Source: Alphaproteobacteria bacterium
GTDB lineage: Bacteria; Pseudomonadota; Alphaproteobacteria; SP197
Length of the DNA stretch: 64,000 nt
Direction: 5' to 3'
Assembly (NCBI GenBank): GCA_965221115.1
Contig: CBDCRU010000001.1
Location: 154,983 to 218,982, forward strand
Position numbers and translations under genes: made by a program. Shown piece by piece: positions 20,289-29,998 of this stretch. The notes under the pieces were generated by a model that saw only the letters and a list, made by a program, of their open reading frames with translations, had not been told where the DNA came from and made no database searches. Within the stretch, counting starts at the first letter, position 1. Each line of letters starts with the position of its first letter.

Positions 20289-21959
20289 TCAAGAATGAGG
20301 AAAGAGCCACTGCGGCTCCGTGCCACCGGAGATGTCTCCGGGAAGCGGCGCCCCCTGGAAGAGGGTCACGCGGGTCCAAAGGTCCGACTTGGGATCGAAT
20401 CCGTTGGCGCCGAAGAAGGCCAGCTTGAATCGCAGGATATCGAGCGGACGCCGGTCAGCCGCCAGAAGATTGTCGCGAATCTCGGCATAGGGAAGGTGGG
20501 CAAGGTGCTGGACGCGGCGCACCGTGCTTCGCCACTCCGGCGCCGCGAGGAGAAAGTCGGCGACGCTTTCCAGGCGATCGTGATCCATGAGCCGTGCTCT
20601 CAGCATGGCGACATCGCGGCCGATGGCCACGGCCATTTCCATGTCGGCGCCGGGCTCGGCGTATCGATCCCCCACCCGCGGTTCCAGCTTCTCTTCGGAG
20701 TAGTACCAGAACCGCTGGCGGGATTCCCGCGCGGCATGGTCGATGGAGAGAGCCCAGCCGTAGTGGTCGTCGATGAGGCCGATGAGGTCTCCGAGCGGCA
20801 TGGCCGGCTTTACGGCCGGCAGACCGCCGGAACTCATGGCCTCGCACAACCCGTCGACCAGCGCTCCCTGGTGCTCGAGCAACAGGGCCACCACAATCTC
20901 CTGGCCTTCCAGTGAAAAGTGCCGCGACGCAAGGCGCCAGAGAGCGTCCCAGGGCCGTTCGCAGTCGAGTCCGTCATCGCACCAGGTGTCGAGGTGTGCG
21001 AGATCGTCGCCAAGTCTCGAAATGCGCGCCGACTGCTCCGGATCGTCGACCGTCCAGGCAGCGACGTGGCGCCGTGCATCGTCCAGAAGGTCGCGGAACT
21101 CCCGGATGACTTGAGGGCTGGCCCGTTCCACCTTCCGCACGCGCAGGAGAGCGCTTTCCCGCGCCATGACCCAGTTGTTGATCAGCAGCGGATGCTTGAC
21201 GAGAAAGGGCGCCATGCCCAGGCCCGTGGCGTTGCCGATACCGAGCGCCCTCGAAAGATCCTCGGAGAGTTCTTCCGCTTCATGTCCCGACCGTTGCCGG
21301 GCCATGTGATTGACGAGGTCGACGCTCATCCAGCGGATGAGATAGACGGCGAGAAGCTCCGCCTGGAATGGGGCGCGCAACTCGTCGCGTCCGGCGATCC
21401 GGCCGCGGTCGGCGCAGCCGAACTTGCCGCTTCCGTAGACCGCTGTGGTACGCATCAGGTAGCCCACGTCGTCCATGAGATCGCGACAGGGCTGCCGGCC
21501 GGCCGCCAGGCTCTCCACCACGTGATCGAAGATCCTGCCGCTCCTGTTGGCCCGCGCCAGGACCAGTTCGCTGGGCCTGAATCGCCCTGCCTCCTGGCGG
21601 GGCGTATTCGCCTCGAGGCGTTCGATGTCTGCGGCGCCGGGGACACCGTCAAATAGCGAGAACGTGGTGTCCCAGACGTTGGCGATGACGCGGTCCGTTC
21701 TCTCCCGGGGATCGATGGACCCTGAAAACCCCACAAGGCTGTAGGTCCGGTGGGGACCGTGAACAGCGTGGAGGGTGCGACCAATCCCGTTGTGATCAAG
21801 ATCGAGGCGTATTCTCTCGAAACGCCAGCGTTCCCGGATCATGCGGCGGACCAGCTGGCGCATGAAACTCAGCCGCGTGGGGAAGGATGCTCCCATGCGT
21901 TCGAGGCGCATGACCTCGCCAGGAGGACGCAGTTGCGGCGCGCCTTCGGCTGCTGTCAT
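20289..21959 (-). CDS. conserved hypothetical protein (about 556 aa)
   Basis: Conserved-looking motifs TRLSFMR, ERTDRVIA..WD, GYLMRTTAVYGSGKFG, GNATGLGMAPFL and FWYYSEEKLEPR; ATGA-coupled to the BVMO gene. Confidence 0.85.
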   Translation of the reverse strand: MTAAEGAPQLRPPGEVMRLERMGASFPTRLSFMRQLVRRMIRERWRFERIRLDLDHNGIGRTLHAVHGPHRTYSLVGFSGSIDPRERTDRVIANVWDTTFSLFDGVPGAADIERLEANTPRQEAGRFRPSELVLARANRSGRIFDHVVESLAAGRQPCRDLMDDVGYLMRTTAVYGSGKFGCADRGRIAGRDELRAPFQAELLAVYLIRWMSVDLVNHMARQRSGHEAEELSEDLSRALGIGNATGLGMAPFLVKHPLLINNWVMARESALLRVRKVERASPQVIREFRDLLDDARRHVAAWTVDDPEQSARISRLGDDLAHLDTWCDDGLDCERPWDALWRLASRHFSLEGQEIVVALLLEHQGALVDGLCEAMSSGGLPAVKPAMPLGDLIGLIDDHYGWALSIDHAARESRQRFWYYSEEKLEPRVGDRYAEPGADMEMAVAIGRDVAMLRARLMDHDRLESVADFLLAAPEWRSTVRRVQHLAHLPYAEIRDNLLAADRRPLDILRFKLAFFGANGFDPKSDLWTRVTLFQGAPLPGDISGGTEPQWLFPHS

Positions 21960-23440
21960 CGCGTGCCGGTGAGTTCGAGTGCTCCGTCCTCGATCGGCGA
22001 GTGCTTCACCAGGCGGACATCGAGGGCGTAGTCCTGGGTGTTGCGCCACGGATCGTGGTCCCCCTGCCGGGGAAGGTAGTCAAGGGCGCGCAGGACGTAG
22101 CCCGCCGGAAAGTCGTCGATCCAGGGCCGCGGTGTCATGTCCCGGTGTGCGTCGCCGAGCCGGGGAGTCGCCTGCCGCTTGCCCTTCCTGTCCATCGTGT
22201 TGATCAGGCGGCAGGCCCAGGCGGCCGTCAAATCGGCGCGCAGGGTCCAGCTGGCATTGATGTAACCGAACGTCTGGATGAGATTGGGCACATCCGAGAG
22301 CATCATGCCCTTGTAGGACCAGTGCTCGGGCGGATGCACGGCGGAACCGTCAACGGAAAGCCTGATGCCGTTGAGGACCTTCATCCTCAGGCCCGTGGCG
22401 ACGACGATGATGTCGGCCTCGACGGTCTCGCCGCTTGCAAGTTCCAGACCGTCTCGGGTGAACCGTTCGATGGTGTCGGTCCGAACGGTCGCCTGACCGC
22501 TGTTGAGGGCGTGGTAGAGATCGTCGTCCGGAATGAGACACAGGCGCTGGTCCCAGGGGCCGTAGCTTGGAGTGAAGTGCTGCGCGACATCGATTTCCGG
22601 CTTGAGCGCCTGTCGCACGAGACCGATGAATTCGGCCTTCACTTTCTCCGGTTCGGTCCGGGTCCTGCGGTAGAGATCCACGTCCCGCCTGACGTTCCGC
22701 CACCGCGTGATGGCATAGGCCAGGCGGTTCGGCAGGAATCGGGCGAGGAGGTTGGCGATCCTGTCCTCGCTCGGCCATGACACGACGTATGTCGGGGAGC
22801 GCTGGACCATGACGACGTGCGCGGCTCCGGCCATCGCCAGTGCCGGCACCAGGGTCATGGCCGTGGCACCGGAACCGATGACGGCAAAGCGCTTCTCCCG
22901 GCAATCCAGGTTCTCGGGCCAGAATTGTGGATGCACGATGGTGCCGGAAAACAGGTCCTCCCCTTCCCAGGTCGGCCGGTAAGGGTCTTCGTAGTCGTAG
23001 TATCCGCCGCACAGCAGCAGCATGTTGCAGGCCAGACGAACGGTCTCACCCTCGTGTTCCGCCTCGACGGCCCAGAGAGCTTCGCTGCTCGACCACGATG
23101 CCGCCGTGACGCGATGGCCGAAGCGGACATGGCGCCGGATGTCGTACTCGTCCGCTGTCTCGTTGATGTAGCCCAGGATCGACGGGCCATCGGCGATGGC
23201 GCGGGCCTCCAGCCACGGCTTGAAGGTATAGCCCAGCGTGTGCATGTCGCTGTCGGAGCGCACGCCCGGATAGCGGAAGAGATCCCAGGTGCCGCCGATG
23301 GTCCGGCGGCTCTCGAGAATGGTGAAACTCTTCGAAGGGCAGTGACGCATGAGGTGCCATGCACTGCCGATTCCGGACAGTCCGGCGCCGATGATGACGA
23401 CGTCGAAACGGTTGCTGGCTGGGTCCACAGTCCGGCTCAT
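21956..23440 (-). CDS. EthA-like flavin-containing / Baeyer-Villiger monooxygenase
   Basis: GAGLSG, GGTWDLFRYPGVRSDSD, FSGTIVHPQFW, GSGATA, WDQRLC and GYINASWTLRADL motifs. Confidence 0.92.
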   Translation of the reverse strand: MSRTVDPASNRFDVVIIGAGLSGIGSAWHLMRHCPSKSFTILESRRTIGGTWDLFRYPGVRSDSDMHTLGYTFKPWLEARAIADGPSILGYINETADEYDIRRHVRFGHRVTAASWSSSEALWAVEAEHEGETVRLACNMLLLCGGYYDYEDPYRPTWEGEDLFSGTIVHPQFWPENLDCREKRFAVIGSGATAMTLVPALAMAGAAHVVMVQRSPTYVVSWPSEDRIANLLARFLPNRLAYAITRWRNVRRDVDLYRRTRTEPEKVKAEFIGLVRQALKPEIDVAQHFTPSYGPWDQRLCLIPDDDLYHALNSGQATVRTDTIERFTRDGLELASGETVEADIIVVATGLRMKVLNGIRLSVDGSAVHPPEHWSYKGMMLSDVPNLIQTFGYINASWTLRADLTAAWACRLINTMDRKGKRQATPRLGDAHRDMTPRPWIDDFPAGYVLRALDYLPRQGDHDPWRNTQDYALDVRLVKHSPIEDGALELTGTR

Positions 23441-24381
23441 CGAGGCTTCGCCGTCAGGGCCCTGGCAAGGGTCCGCCCGCAGTCTGCGAGGGCCTGCTCC
23501 ACCTCGGTGCCGATGAGCCGGCGCATCAGGAGAAATCCGTGAAGCATGTCCGCGTGCTCGATGAGTTCGACGGTGACGCCGGCGTCCTCGAGTTTCCGGG
23601 CATAGGCCCGACCCTCGTCACGCAGCGGGTCGAAACCGCACACGATGACGGTGGCCGGGGGCTGGCCGGCAAGGTCATCGGCCCGCAGCGGCGAGCACAG
23701 CGGGTTGTCGAAATCCGTCTCGTCACGGGTGTAGCAGGCGACATAGAACTCCATGAGATCGAGGAAGAAGCCCTTCGAATAGAGGCGCATGGACTGCGTG
23801 TCGGCTCTCATGTCGACATGGGGATAGATGAGGAGCTGATGGCGGAATCCCGGTCCACCCCGCGCGTTCGCGAGTCTGATGACCCCCACGGCCAGGTTGC
23901 CGCCGGCACTGTCGCCTCCCACGGCCATGCGCTCGGGATCGATTCCGAATTCCTCGGCCCGGGCATGGATGGAAACAGCGGCGCCATGGCAGTCCTCGAG
24001 GGGTTCCGGGAACTTCGCCTCGGGCGCCAGGCGATAGTCGACTGAGAACACCACCACGCCGGCTTTCAGGGAAAGAATGCGGCACATCGAGTCGTGGGTG
24101 TCGATCGAGCACCTGACGTAACCGCCGCCATGGAAGAAGACGAGGGCCGGGCGTCCGGTGCCCGGCTCCGGTTCGTAGACGCGGACACGCCGGCCGGTGT
24201 CGAGCTGGGTGTCCGAAACCCGCCAAATCTGCGGAGCCTCGATGTCGAGTTCCGCCAGTTCGCGCTCCAGGACCTGGCGTGATGGGCCAGGGTCACACGG
24301 GTCGATCAGTTGATCGGCGTCGCTGGAGACCTGTGCCAGGAAGGACCTGAGGCGTGGGTGGAGGCCGGCTTCGATGTCCAA
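23437..24381 (-). CDS. HSL-family esterase/lipase (alpha/beta hydrolase)
   Basis: HGGG, DYRLAPE, GDSAGG, DPLRDEG and HGF motifs. Confidence 0.92.
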   Translation of the reverse strand: MDIEAGLHPRLRSFLAQVSSDADQLIDPCDPGPSRQVLERELAELDIEAPQIWRVSDTQLDTGRRVRVYEPEPGTGRPALVFFHGGGYVRCSIDTHDSMCRILSLKAGVVVFSVDYRLAPEAKFPEPLEDCHGAAVSIHARAEEFGIDPERMAVGGDSAGGNLAVGVIRLANARGGPGFRHQLLIYPHVDMRADTQSMRLYSKGFFLDLMEFYVACYTRDETDFDNPLCSPLRADDLAGQPPATVIVCGFDPLRDEGRAYARKLEDAGVTVELIEHADMLHGFLLMRRLIGTEVEQALADCGRTLARALTAKPR

Positions 24382-24396
24382 GGAGCCGTTCCCGGA

Positions 24397-25698
24397 TCAG
24401 AAATTCCCGAGATAACGATCGATCTCGACCGCGGTGATGTCGTCGGCCACCAGATCCCGTTCCCGTTCCGCCTGGCTGACCAGGATGGCAAGCCGGTCAT
24501 CGCCCAGGAGGTCGGCCAGAAACGTCGATGCCTGCGCCCTTGCGATGGCATCGTCGATGGTGGTGGGCAACGGTTCGTAGCCCGGTGATTCGTAGGCGTT
24601 GCCCATGCAGGGCGGAGTCGGTTCCAGCTCCCGCTCGATGCCGTCGAGACCGGCGGCGATCTGGGCGGCGAGAAGGTAATAGGGGTTGCAGTCGGCCGCT
24701 CCGTCGCGCACCTCGATCCGCATGGCCCGGGGCGAATGTCCGATGACCCGCAGGGCCGTGGACCTGTTGTCGTATCCCCAGGCGGTGTTGATCGGGCAGA
24801 AGCTGTCGGGACGCCGCCGCCGGTAGGCGTTGGGCGTCGTCGAGCCGGCGAGGGACATTTCGGTCATCCTGCCCTGGATTCCGGCGAGGTAGTGGCGCCC
24901 CAGCGGGGAAAGCGCGCCATCCTCGCCATGGAACACCGATTCGCCGTCCCGCCACAGGGAGTGGTGAAGGTGGAGTCCGTTGCCCGCTTCCCCTTTGAGG
25001 GGTTTGGCCATGAACGTCGCCAGATATCCGTGCGCGTGGGCAATCTGCTTCACCATGCTTCTGAAGACGACGGTCCTGTCGGCTGTCACCAGGGCCTCGT
25101 CATAGGCGATGTTCACCTCGACCTGTCCGGCCGCGTACTCCGGATTGGACTGCTCGATGGGAATGCCGATGGCATCGAGGTGGCGGCGAATCGGGCCGAC
25201 GACATGATCAAGTTCGGCGGCGCGGGTCAGGCTGTAGACCTGGATGCCGGTGTCCCGCGGCCGCCTGGTCTCTGGATCGAGGAGATGGAACTCGAGCTCG
25301 CTGCCGATGGTGATCCCGAATCCCATGGCCGATGCCCGTTCGAGAACCTCGATGAGGACACCGCGCGGGTCGATGGGAACGGGTGCGCCATTGTTCTCCT
25401 CGACCCTGCCGAAGCAGAAACCGACACCGTCTTCCCAGGGCAGCGGCACGACATCACCAGCCGGAAACATGTGGCAGTCGTGATAGCCCGTTTCCATGTT
25501 GCAGTAGGGCGTGTCCCAGATGTCGCAGGTCATGTCGATGGCGAAAATGGCGGCCGACAGCGCGATGCCGTGATCGCTCGCCTGCTGCCAGCGGGTGGCG
25601 GGGATCCTCTTGCCTCGGAGGATTCCGTTGAGGTCGCCGGCTCCCAGGGCGACGCTGTGCATCCCGTCCGGCAACCGTTGGGATCCATTCTTCGTCAT
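24397..25698 (-). CDS. glutamine synthetase-like protein (probable gamma-glutamyl-amine ligase)
   Basis: DLNGILRGK, ELEF, EYAAGQVE, ATFMAKP, GNGLHLHHS and WGYDNRS motifs; lacks the GSI adenylylation region. Confidence 0.88.
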   Translation of the reverse strand: MTKNGSQRLPDGMHSVALGAGDLNGILRGKRIPATRWQQASDHGIALSAAIFAIDMTCDIWDTPYCNMETGYHDCHMFPAGDVVPLPWEDGVGFCFGRVEENNGAPVPIDPRGVLIEVLERASAMGFGITIGSELEFHLLDPETRRPRDTGIQVYSLTRAAELDHVVGPIRRHLDAIGIPIEQSNPEYAAGQVEVNIAYDEALVTADRTVVFRSMVKQIAHAHGYLATFMAKPLKGEAGNGLHLHHSLWRDGESVFHGEDGALSPLGRHYLAGIQGRMTEMSLAGSTTPNAYRRRRPDSFCPINTAWGYDNRSTALRVIGHSPRAMRIEVRDGAADCNPYYLLAAQIAAGLDGIERELEPTPPCMGNAYESPGYEPLPTTIDDAIARAQASTFLADLLGDDRLAILVSQAERERDLVADDITAVEIDRYLGNF

Positions 25699-25730
25699 GT
25701 CGGGAACCGTAGTGGAGGGCCCGCAGCCAA

Positions 25731-26945
25731 TCAACCGCGGGGCCTCGCATGCCGCCGCATCCATGCCACAAGCGGCAGGGGAAGGAGCAGGAGATGAAAC
25801 AGCAGCACGGCGCCGGCCAGGCCGTGCGGGTCCCAGAGATCCATGGCCAGGCCGCTGATTGCCGGTCCCATGATGGATCCCGTGCAGAACATCATGCCGA
25901 ACACCGTGGTGGCGGAAGGAAGGTCGGCGCCACGGAAACGGTCGCCCACCAGCATGATCGCGATGCCGTAGTGCGCTGACCGCAGCCCGCCGAAGATCAT
26001 GAGATAGCCGATCAGGAGGAGCCCCCCGATGTCGTCGATCCATGGCAGGGCGGGTGTCGTGATGTCGCGCATCCATGGAATGAAGGGGAGAGCCAGGGAC
26101 GCCAGTATGCCGGCGACAGTGAAGGCGACGAGCAGCAGGGTGCGATCGAACCTCGATGCCAGCCAGGCAAGAAGGAAGGTCATCATGGCGCCACCCCAGC
26201 CCTGCCATCCGAGCATGCGCGCCGAGAGTGCCTCGTCGAGACCGAGACGCAGACCGTAGATCGCCAGCAGCGCCATGAAGGCGCTGCCGGTCATGCCGAA
26301 CATGAGGTTGGCCATCATGGGAACAGGCGCCAGGCGAATGTACTGGTGGAGGCGCGCCGACGGCTGGTCGTCGCGTGCGATCCGCACCTGCGGACTGACT
26401 GTGAGCGGGATCATGATGGCGATGACCATCACGCCGGCCGTGATGAAGGGTCCGGCGCCCGCCGAACCGGTTTCGGCGAGGATGAAGGGTCCCGCGGCAA
26501 ACCCGATGGCGACGGCGAACATGAAGAGACTGATGGTCCGGCCGCGGTTTCGATCATCCGACTGGTGATTGAGCCAGGTCTCTCCCGTGGTCCACATCAT
26601 GGACTGCGATGCACCCAGCGCCAGGCGCAGCGGGAACCAGGCCCAGACGTCGACCAGAAGCGCCATGGCGATGATGGAGGCAAGCGAAAGGCCGGCGCCT
26701 GCCATCATGAGCCGTGCCGGTCCCAGGCGTCGCATGAGACGTGGCAGCACCGGCATGATGACGAAGATGCCGGCCATCTGCACGGCGCCCGAGAGACCGA
26801 TCAGGGATCCGCTTTCTCCCTCGTTCTCGAGCACGAACGACAGCAGCTGGCCCGAATATCCAAAGAAGGTGGCGATCGCCGCCATGCTGGCGATGACCGC
26901 GACCAGCCCGGCTCGGCCTCCCCCGGTTCCGGACCTGTCCGCCAT
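25731..26945 (-). CDS. MFS transporter
   Basis: About 12 hydrophobic segments; ETWLN...RGR motif of YcaD-like MFS proteins. Confidence 0.85.
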   Translation of the reverse strand: MADRSGTGGGRAGLVAVIASMAAIATFFGYSGQLLSFVLENEGESGSLIGLSGAVQMAGIFVIMPVLPRLMRRLGPARLMMAGAGLSLASIIAMALLVDVWAWFPLRLALGASQSMMWTTGETWLNHQSDDRNRGRTISLFMFAVAIGFAAGPFILAETGSAGAGPFITAGVMVIAIMIPLTVSPQVRIARDDQPSARLHQYIRLAPVPMMANLMFGMTGSAFMALLAIYGLRLGLDEALSARMLGWQGWGGAMMTFLLAWLASRFDRTLLLVAFTVAGILASLALPFIPWMRDITTPALPWIDDIGGLLLIGYLMIFGGLRSAHYGIAIMLVGDRFRGADLPSATTVFGMMFCTGSIMGPAISGLAMDLWDPHGLAGAVLLFHLLLLPLPLVAWMRRHARPRG

Positions 26946-27074
26946 CACCGTTCAGAAGGCCTGATGGTGACAGGGGGACCGGGTTTCAGGAACCGGACCC
27001 TTCGTCATCGGCAAGGCGGGCAGGGACGGGCTGCTCCTTCTCATGCCCCATCGCGAGACCCCGAAGGCCTGTCG

Positions 27075-27923
27075 TCATCTGGTTCGACGAACAGGGCCCG
27101 CCCTGTCGTTCTCGCGGTGCATCAGGAAAACCGAGATCAGGATGAGCGTGATCGAGATGATGACGATGATCGTGCCGACCGCATTGATTTCCGGCGTGAT
27201 GCCGCGGCGGATGACCGACCAGATGTACATCGGCAGCGTGTTGTCACGGCCGGTCAGGAAGAACGTGACCGGAATCTCGTCGAACGAGAGCGTGAACGAG
27301 ATCAGCGAGGAACCGATGATGGCCGACCGGATGTTGGGCAGCGTGACATGCCGGAAGGTCTGCCATGGCCGGGCGCCGAGATCGGCTGAGGCCTCCTCGA
27401 TGCGCCTGTCGAACCGCTGGAGCCGGGCAAAGACATTGGTGACGACGATCGCCGTCAAGGCCGTCCCGTGGCCGATGATGACGGTCAGGATGCTGAGATC
27501 CATCCCCACCGAGCGGAAGAACGTCAGCATCGACACGCCAGTGATCAGACCTGGCAGGGTGATGGGAAGGATGACGAGTCGGCGAAACACCGTCTTTCCG
27601 GGAAAGTCGTGACGATCCAGGGCAAGTGCCGTCGGTATGCCGATGGCAAGGCAGATCATCACGGCCGACACGCCGACAAACACCGAGTTCCAGACAGCCG
27701 TCATGAGGTCGGGATTGCCCAGCGCCCGGGTGTACCAGTCGAAGGTGAAGTCCTCGAGCGGCAGGCGCGTGATGGGGTTCGAGTTGAAACTGAACACGAT
27801 CAGGGTGGCAATCGGAGTGTAGAGGAATGCAAGAACGCATAGCGCCGCGACACCCAGTCCCGTCGTGCCGGCATCGATCGGCTTCTTGCGTGCCCCGGCG
27901 TCATGCAGGGTGACGGTCGCCAT
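27075..27923 (-). CDS. polyamine-type ABC permease (PotC-like)
   Basis: FLYTPIATLIVFSFN, EEASADLGA and SFDE..VTFFL motifs. Confidence 0.9.
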   Translation of the reverse strand: MATVTLHDAGARKKPIDAGTTGLGVAALCVLAFLYTPIATLIVFSFNSNPITRLPLEDFTFDWYTRALGNPDLMTAVWNSVFVGVSAVMICLAIGIPTALALDRHDFPGKTVFRRLVILPITLPGLITGVSMLTFFRSVGMDLSILTVIIGHGTALTAIVVTNVFARLQRFDRRIEEASADLGARPWQTFRHVTLPNIRSAIIGSSLISFTLSFDEIPVTFFLTGRDNTLPMYIWSVIRRGITPEINAVGTIIVIISITLILISVFLMHRENDRAGPVRRTR

Positions 27924-27933
27924 CGGAGGTCTC

Positions 27934-28803
27934 CTAGCCGAGGTTGATCCGGCCGACCCGCTCCAGCTTGTCGGACGCCGTGATGATGCCGAGAACGATG
28001 ATGAGGAGGACGACACCCAGCGCCGACCCCAGGGGCCAGTTCATCGCCATGCCGAACTGCGTCGCGACGACATTGGCGATCATGTTGGAATAGGGACCGC
28101 CGACGAGGATGGGCGAGATGAAGTCACCGATCGAAAGCCCGAACGTGAAGGTGAATCCGGCCAGGACGCCAGGCATCGAGAGTGGCAGCGTGATCTTGCG
28201 GAATGTCGTGAAACGCGGAGCGCCGAGGTCCTTCGAGGCCTCGATGAGACTCACCGGGATCTTCTCGAGGGAGGCGTAGATCGGCATCACCATGAAGGGC
28301 GTGAAGATGTAGGCCATGGTCACCACCATCGCGCCCTGATTGTAGAGGAAGATGGTGGAGGGCTCGTTGATGACCCCGATCCACATGAGAAAGGAGTTGA
28401 GGATGCCCTCGCTGCCGAGGATCGTCTTCCAGGTATAGGCCCGAAGCAGGTAGCTCACCCACAGCGGCACGATGGCCGCCGTGTAGAGGAAGAGGCGCAG
28501 CCGGTTGGAGCGCACCTTGAAGGCCAGGAAATAGGCGAGGGGGTAGCTCAGGAAGAACGCGGTGACGGACACCGCCAGCGCGATCCACAGGCTGCGCAGG
28601 AGCACTGTGAAGTACTGGGAATCCGCGATCAGCGTGATGTAGTTGCCGAACTGGAAGTCCGGCACGTGGAAGGGGAACTGGCGGGTATAGAAGCTGATCG
28701 CCAGCATCATGAGGTAGGGAACCAGCAGAACCGTGCCCCACCAGAGCGCCGGTCCGGTGAAGAGGGACCAGAAGTTCAGGATCTGTCTGGTGCGGGGCTT
28801 CAT
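27934..28803 (-). CDS. polyamine-type ABC permease (PotB-like)
   Basis: PLWVSYLLRAYTW, EASKDLGA and NWPLGSA motifs. Confidence 0.9.
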   Translation of the reverse strand: MKPRTRQILNFWSLFTGPALWWGTVLLVPYLMMLAISFYTRQFPFHVPDFQFGNYITLIADSQYFTVLLRSLWIALAVSVTAFFLSYPLAYFLAFKVRSNRLRLFLYTAAIVPLWVSYLLRAYTWKTILGSEGILNSFLMWIGVINEPSTIFLYNQGAMVVTMAYIFTPFMVMPIYASLEKIPVSLIEASKDLGAPRFTTFRKITLPLSMPGVLAGFTFTFGLSIGDFISPILVGGPYSNMIANVVATQFGMAMNWPLGSALGVVLLIIVLGIITASDKLERVGRINLG

Positions 28804-29924
28804 GCCGCGGCCTCTTCGGCCTTCATGGCGGCGACCTCTGCGGTGTCGAACAGTTTCAGTGCCTCGGGACTGACCGCGCAGATGACGGTGTCACCGACAC
28901 CCGGCAGGCCCGCCGCAGCGAGTTCGGTATCGAGCTGCCGGTGGACGATCACCGGCCTTTCGGCACCAACGTCGAGGTCGATGCGGACCATGTTGCCGCT
29001 GAAGAAGAGCTCCTTCACGGTTCCAGAAAACGTGCTGGAGTCCTCGCCGGCTGCGCTCTCCCGGGGTACCAGTCGGATCTTCTCCGGGCGCATGAACAGT
29101 GATCGCGTGCCGCTGTCACCGGTGTTGCGGTCGAGCCTGAGGGTCATGGAGCCCGCGCATGCCACGACATCGCCCCCGTCACGCCTGATGGTGGCAGGGA
29201 TCATGTTGGAGGCGCCGAGGAACTCGGCCACGTAGGCGGTCCGGGGATGATCGTAGAGATCTGTGGGGGTCCCGATCTGCTCGATGCGGCCCGCATGCAT
29301 CACCATGATGCGGTCCGACATGATCATCGCCTCGGTCTGGTCGTGGGTCACCATCACGAAGGTGATTCCCACCCGGTCGTGGATGTGACGCAGTTCCACC
29401 TGCATCGATTCCTTCAGCTTCGCGTCGAGTGCCGACATCGGTTCGTCAAGCAGCAGGATTCGTGGATTGTTGACGAGTGCGCGGGCGAGCGCCACCCGCT
29501 GCTGTTGGCCCACCGAGAGTTCCGACGGAAACCGTGCCCCCATGCCCGGGAGCTCGATCATGTCGAGCATGGCGCGAACCCTCTCGGTGGTCTGTGCCTT
29601 GCCGACGCCGGCAATCTTCAGCCCGTAGCCTATGTTCTCCTCGGCCGTCATGTGAGGGAACAGGGCAAAATCCTGGAACATCATGTTCACCGGACGGCTG
29701 TACGGCGGATCGTTCGTGACGTCCCGACCGTCGAGCATGACCGATCCGGCGTCGGGATACTCGAATCCGCCGATCATGCGCAGTGTCGTCGTCTTGCCGC
29801 AGCCCGAGGGACCGAGCATGGTCAGGTACTCACCCTCACGGATATCGAGCGAGAGATTGTCGACCGCCACAATGCCGCCCCGGAAGGTCTTGGAGAGGCG
29901 ATGGAGCTCCAGGATGCTGGTCAT
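28800..29924 (-). CDS. polyamine-type ABC ATPase (PotA-like)
   Basis: GPSGCGKTT, LSVGQQQR and LLLDEP motifs. Confidence 0.92.
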   Translation of the reverse strand: MTSILELHRLSKTFRGGIVAVDNLSLDIREGEYLTMLGPSGCGKTTTLRMIGGFEYPDAGSVMLDGRDVTNDPPYSRPVNMMFQDFALFPHMTAEENIGYGLKIAGVGKAQTTERVRAMLDMIELPGMGARFPSELSVGQQQRVALARALVNNPRILLLDEPMSALDAKLKESMQVELRHIHDRVGITFVMVTHDQTEAMIMSDRIMVMHAGRIEQIGTPTDLYDHPRTAYVAEFLGASNMIPATIRRDGGDVVACAGSMTLRLDRNTGDSGTRSLFMRPEKIRLVPRESAAGEDSSTFSGTVKELFFSGNMVRIDLDVGAERPVIVHRQLDTELAAAGLPGVGDTVICAVSPEALKLFDTAEVAAMKAEEAAA

Positions 29925-29946
29925 GTCACATGTTTCGCGTCATCGC

Positions 29947-29979
29947 GCGGCCGGCCCCCTCGACTAGGAGGCCGGCCGC
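29947..29979 (-). terminator. intergenic stem-loop after the SBP gene
   Basis: Inverted repeat GCGGCCGGCC...GGCCGGCCGC between SBP and ATPase genes. Confidence 0.45.
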
Positions 29980-29998
29980 CGCTGCCACGGACTGTCGG

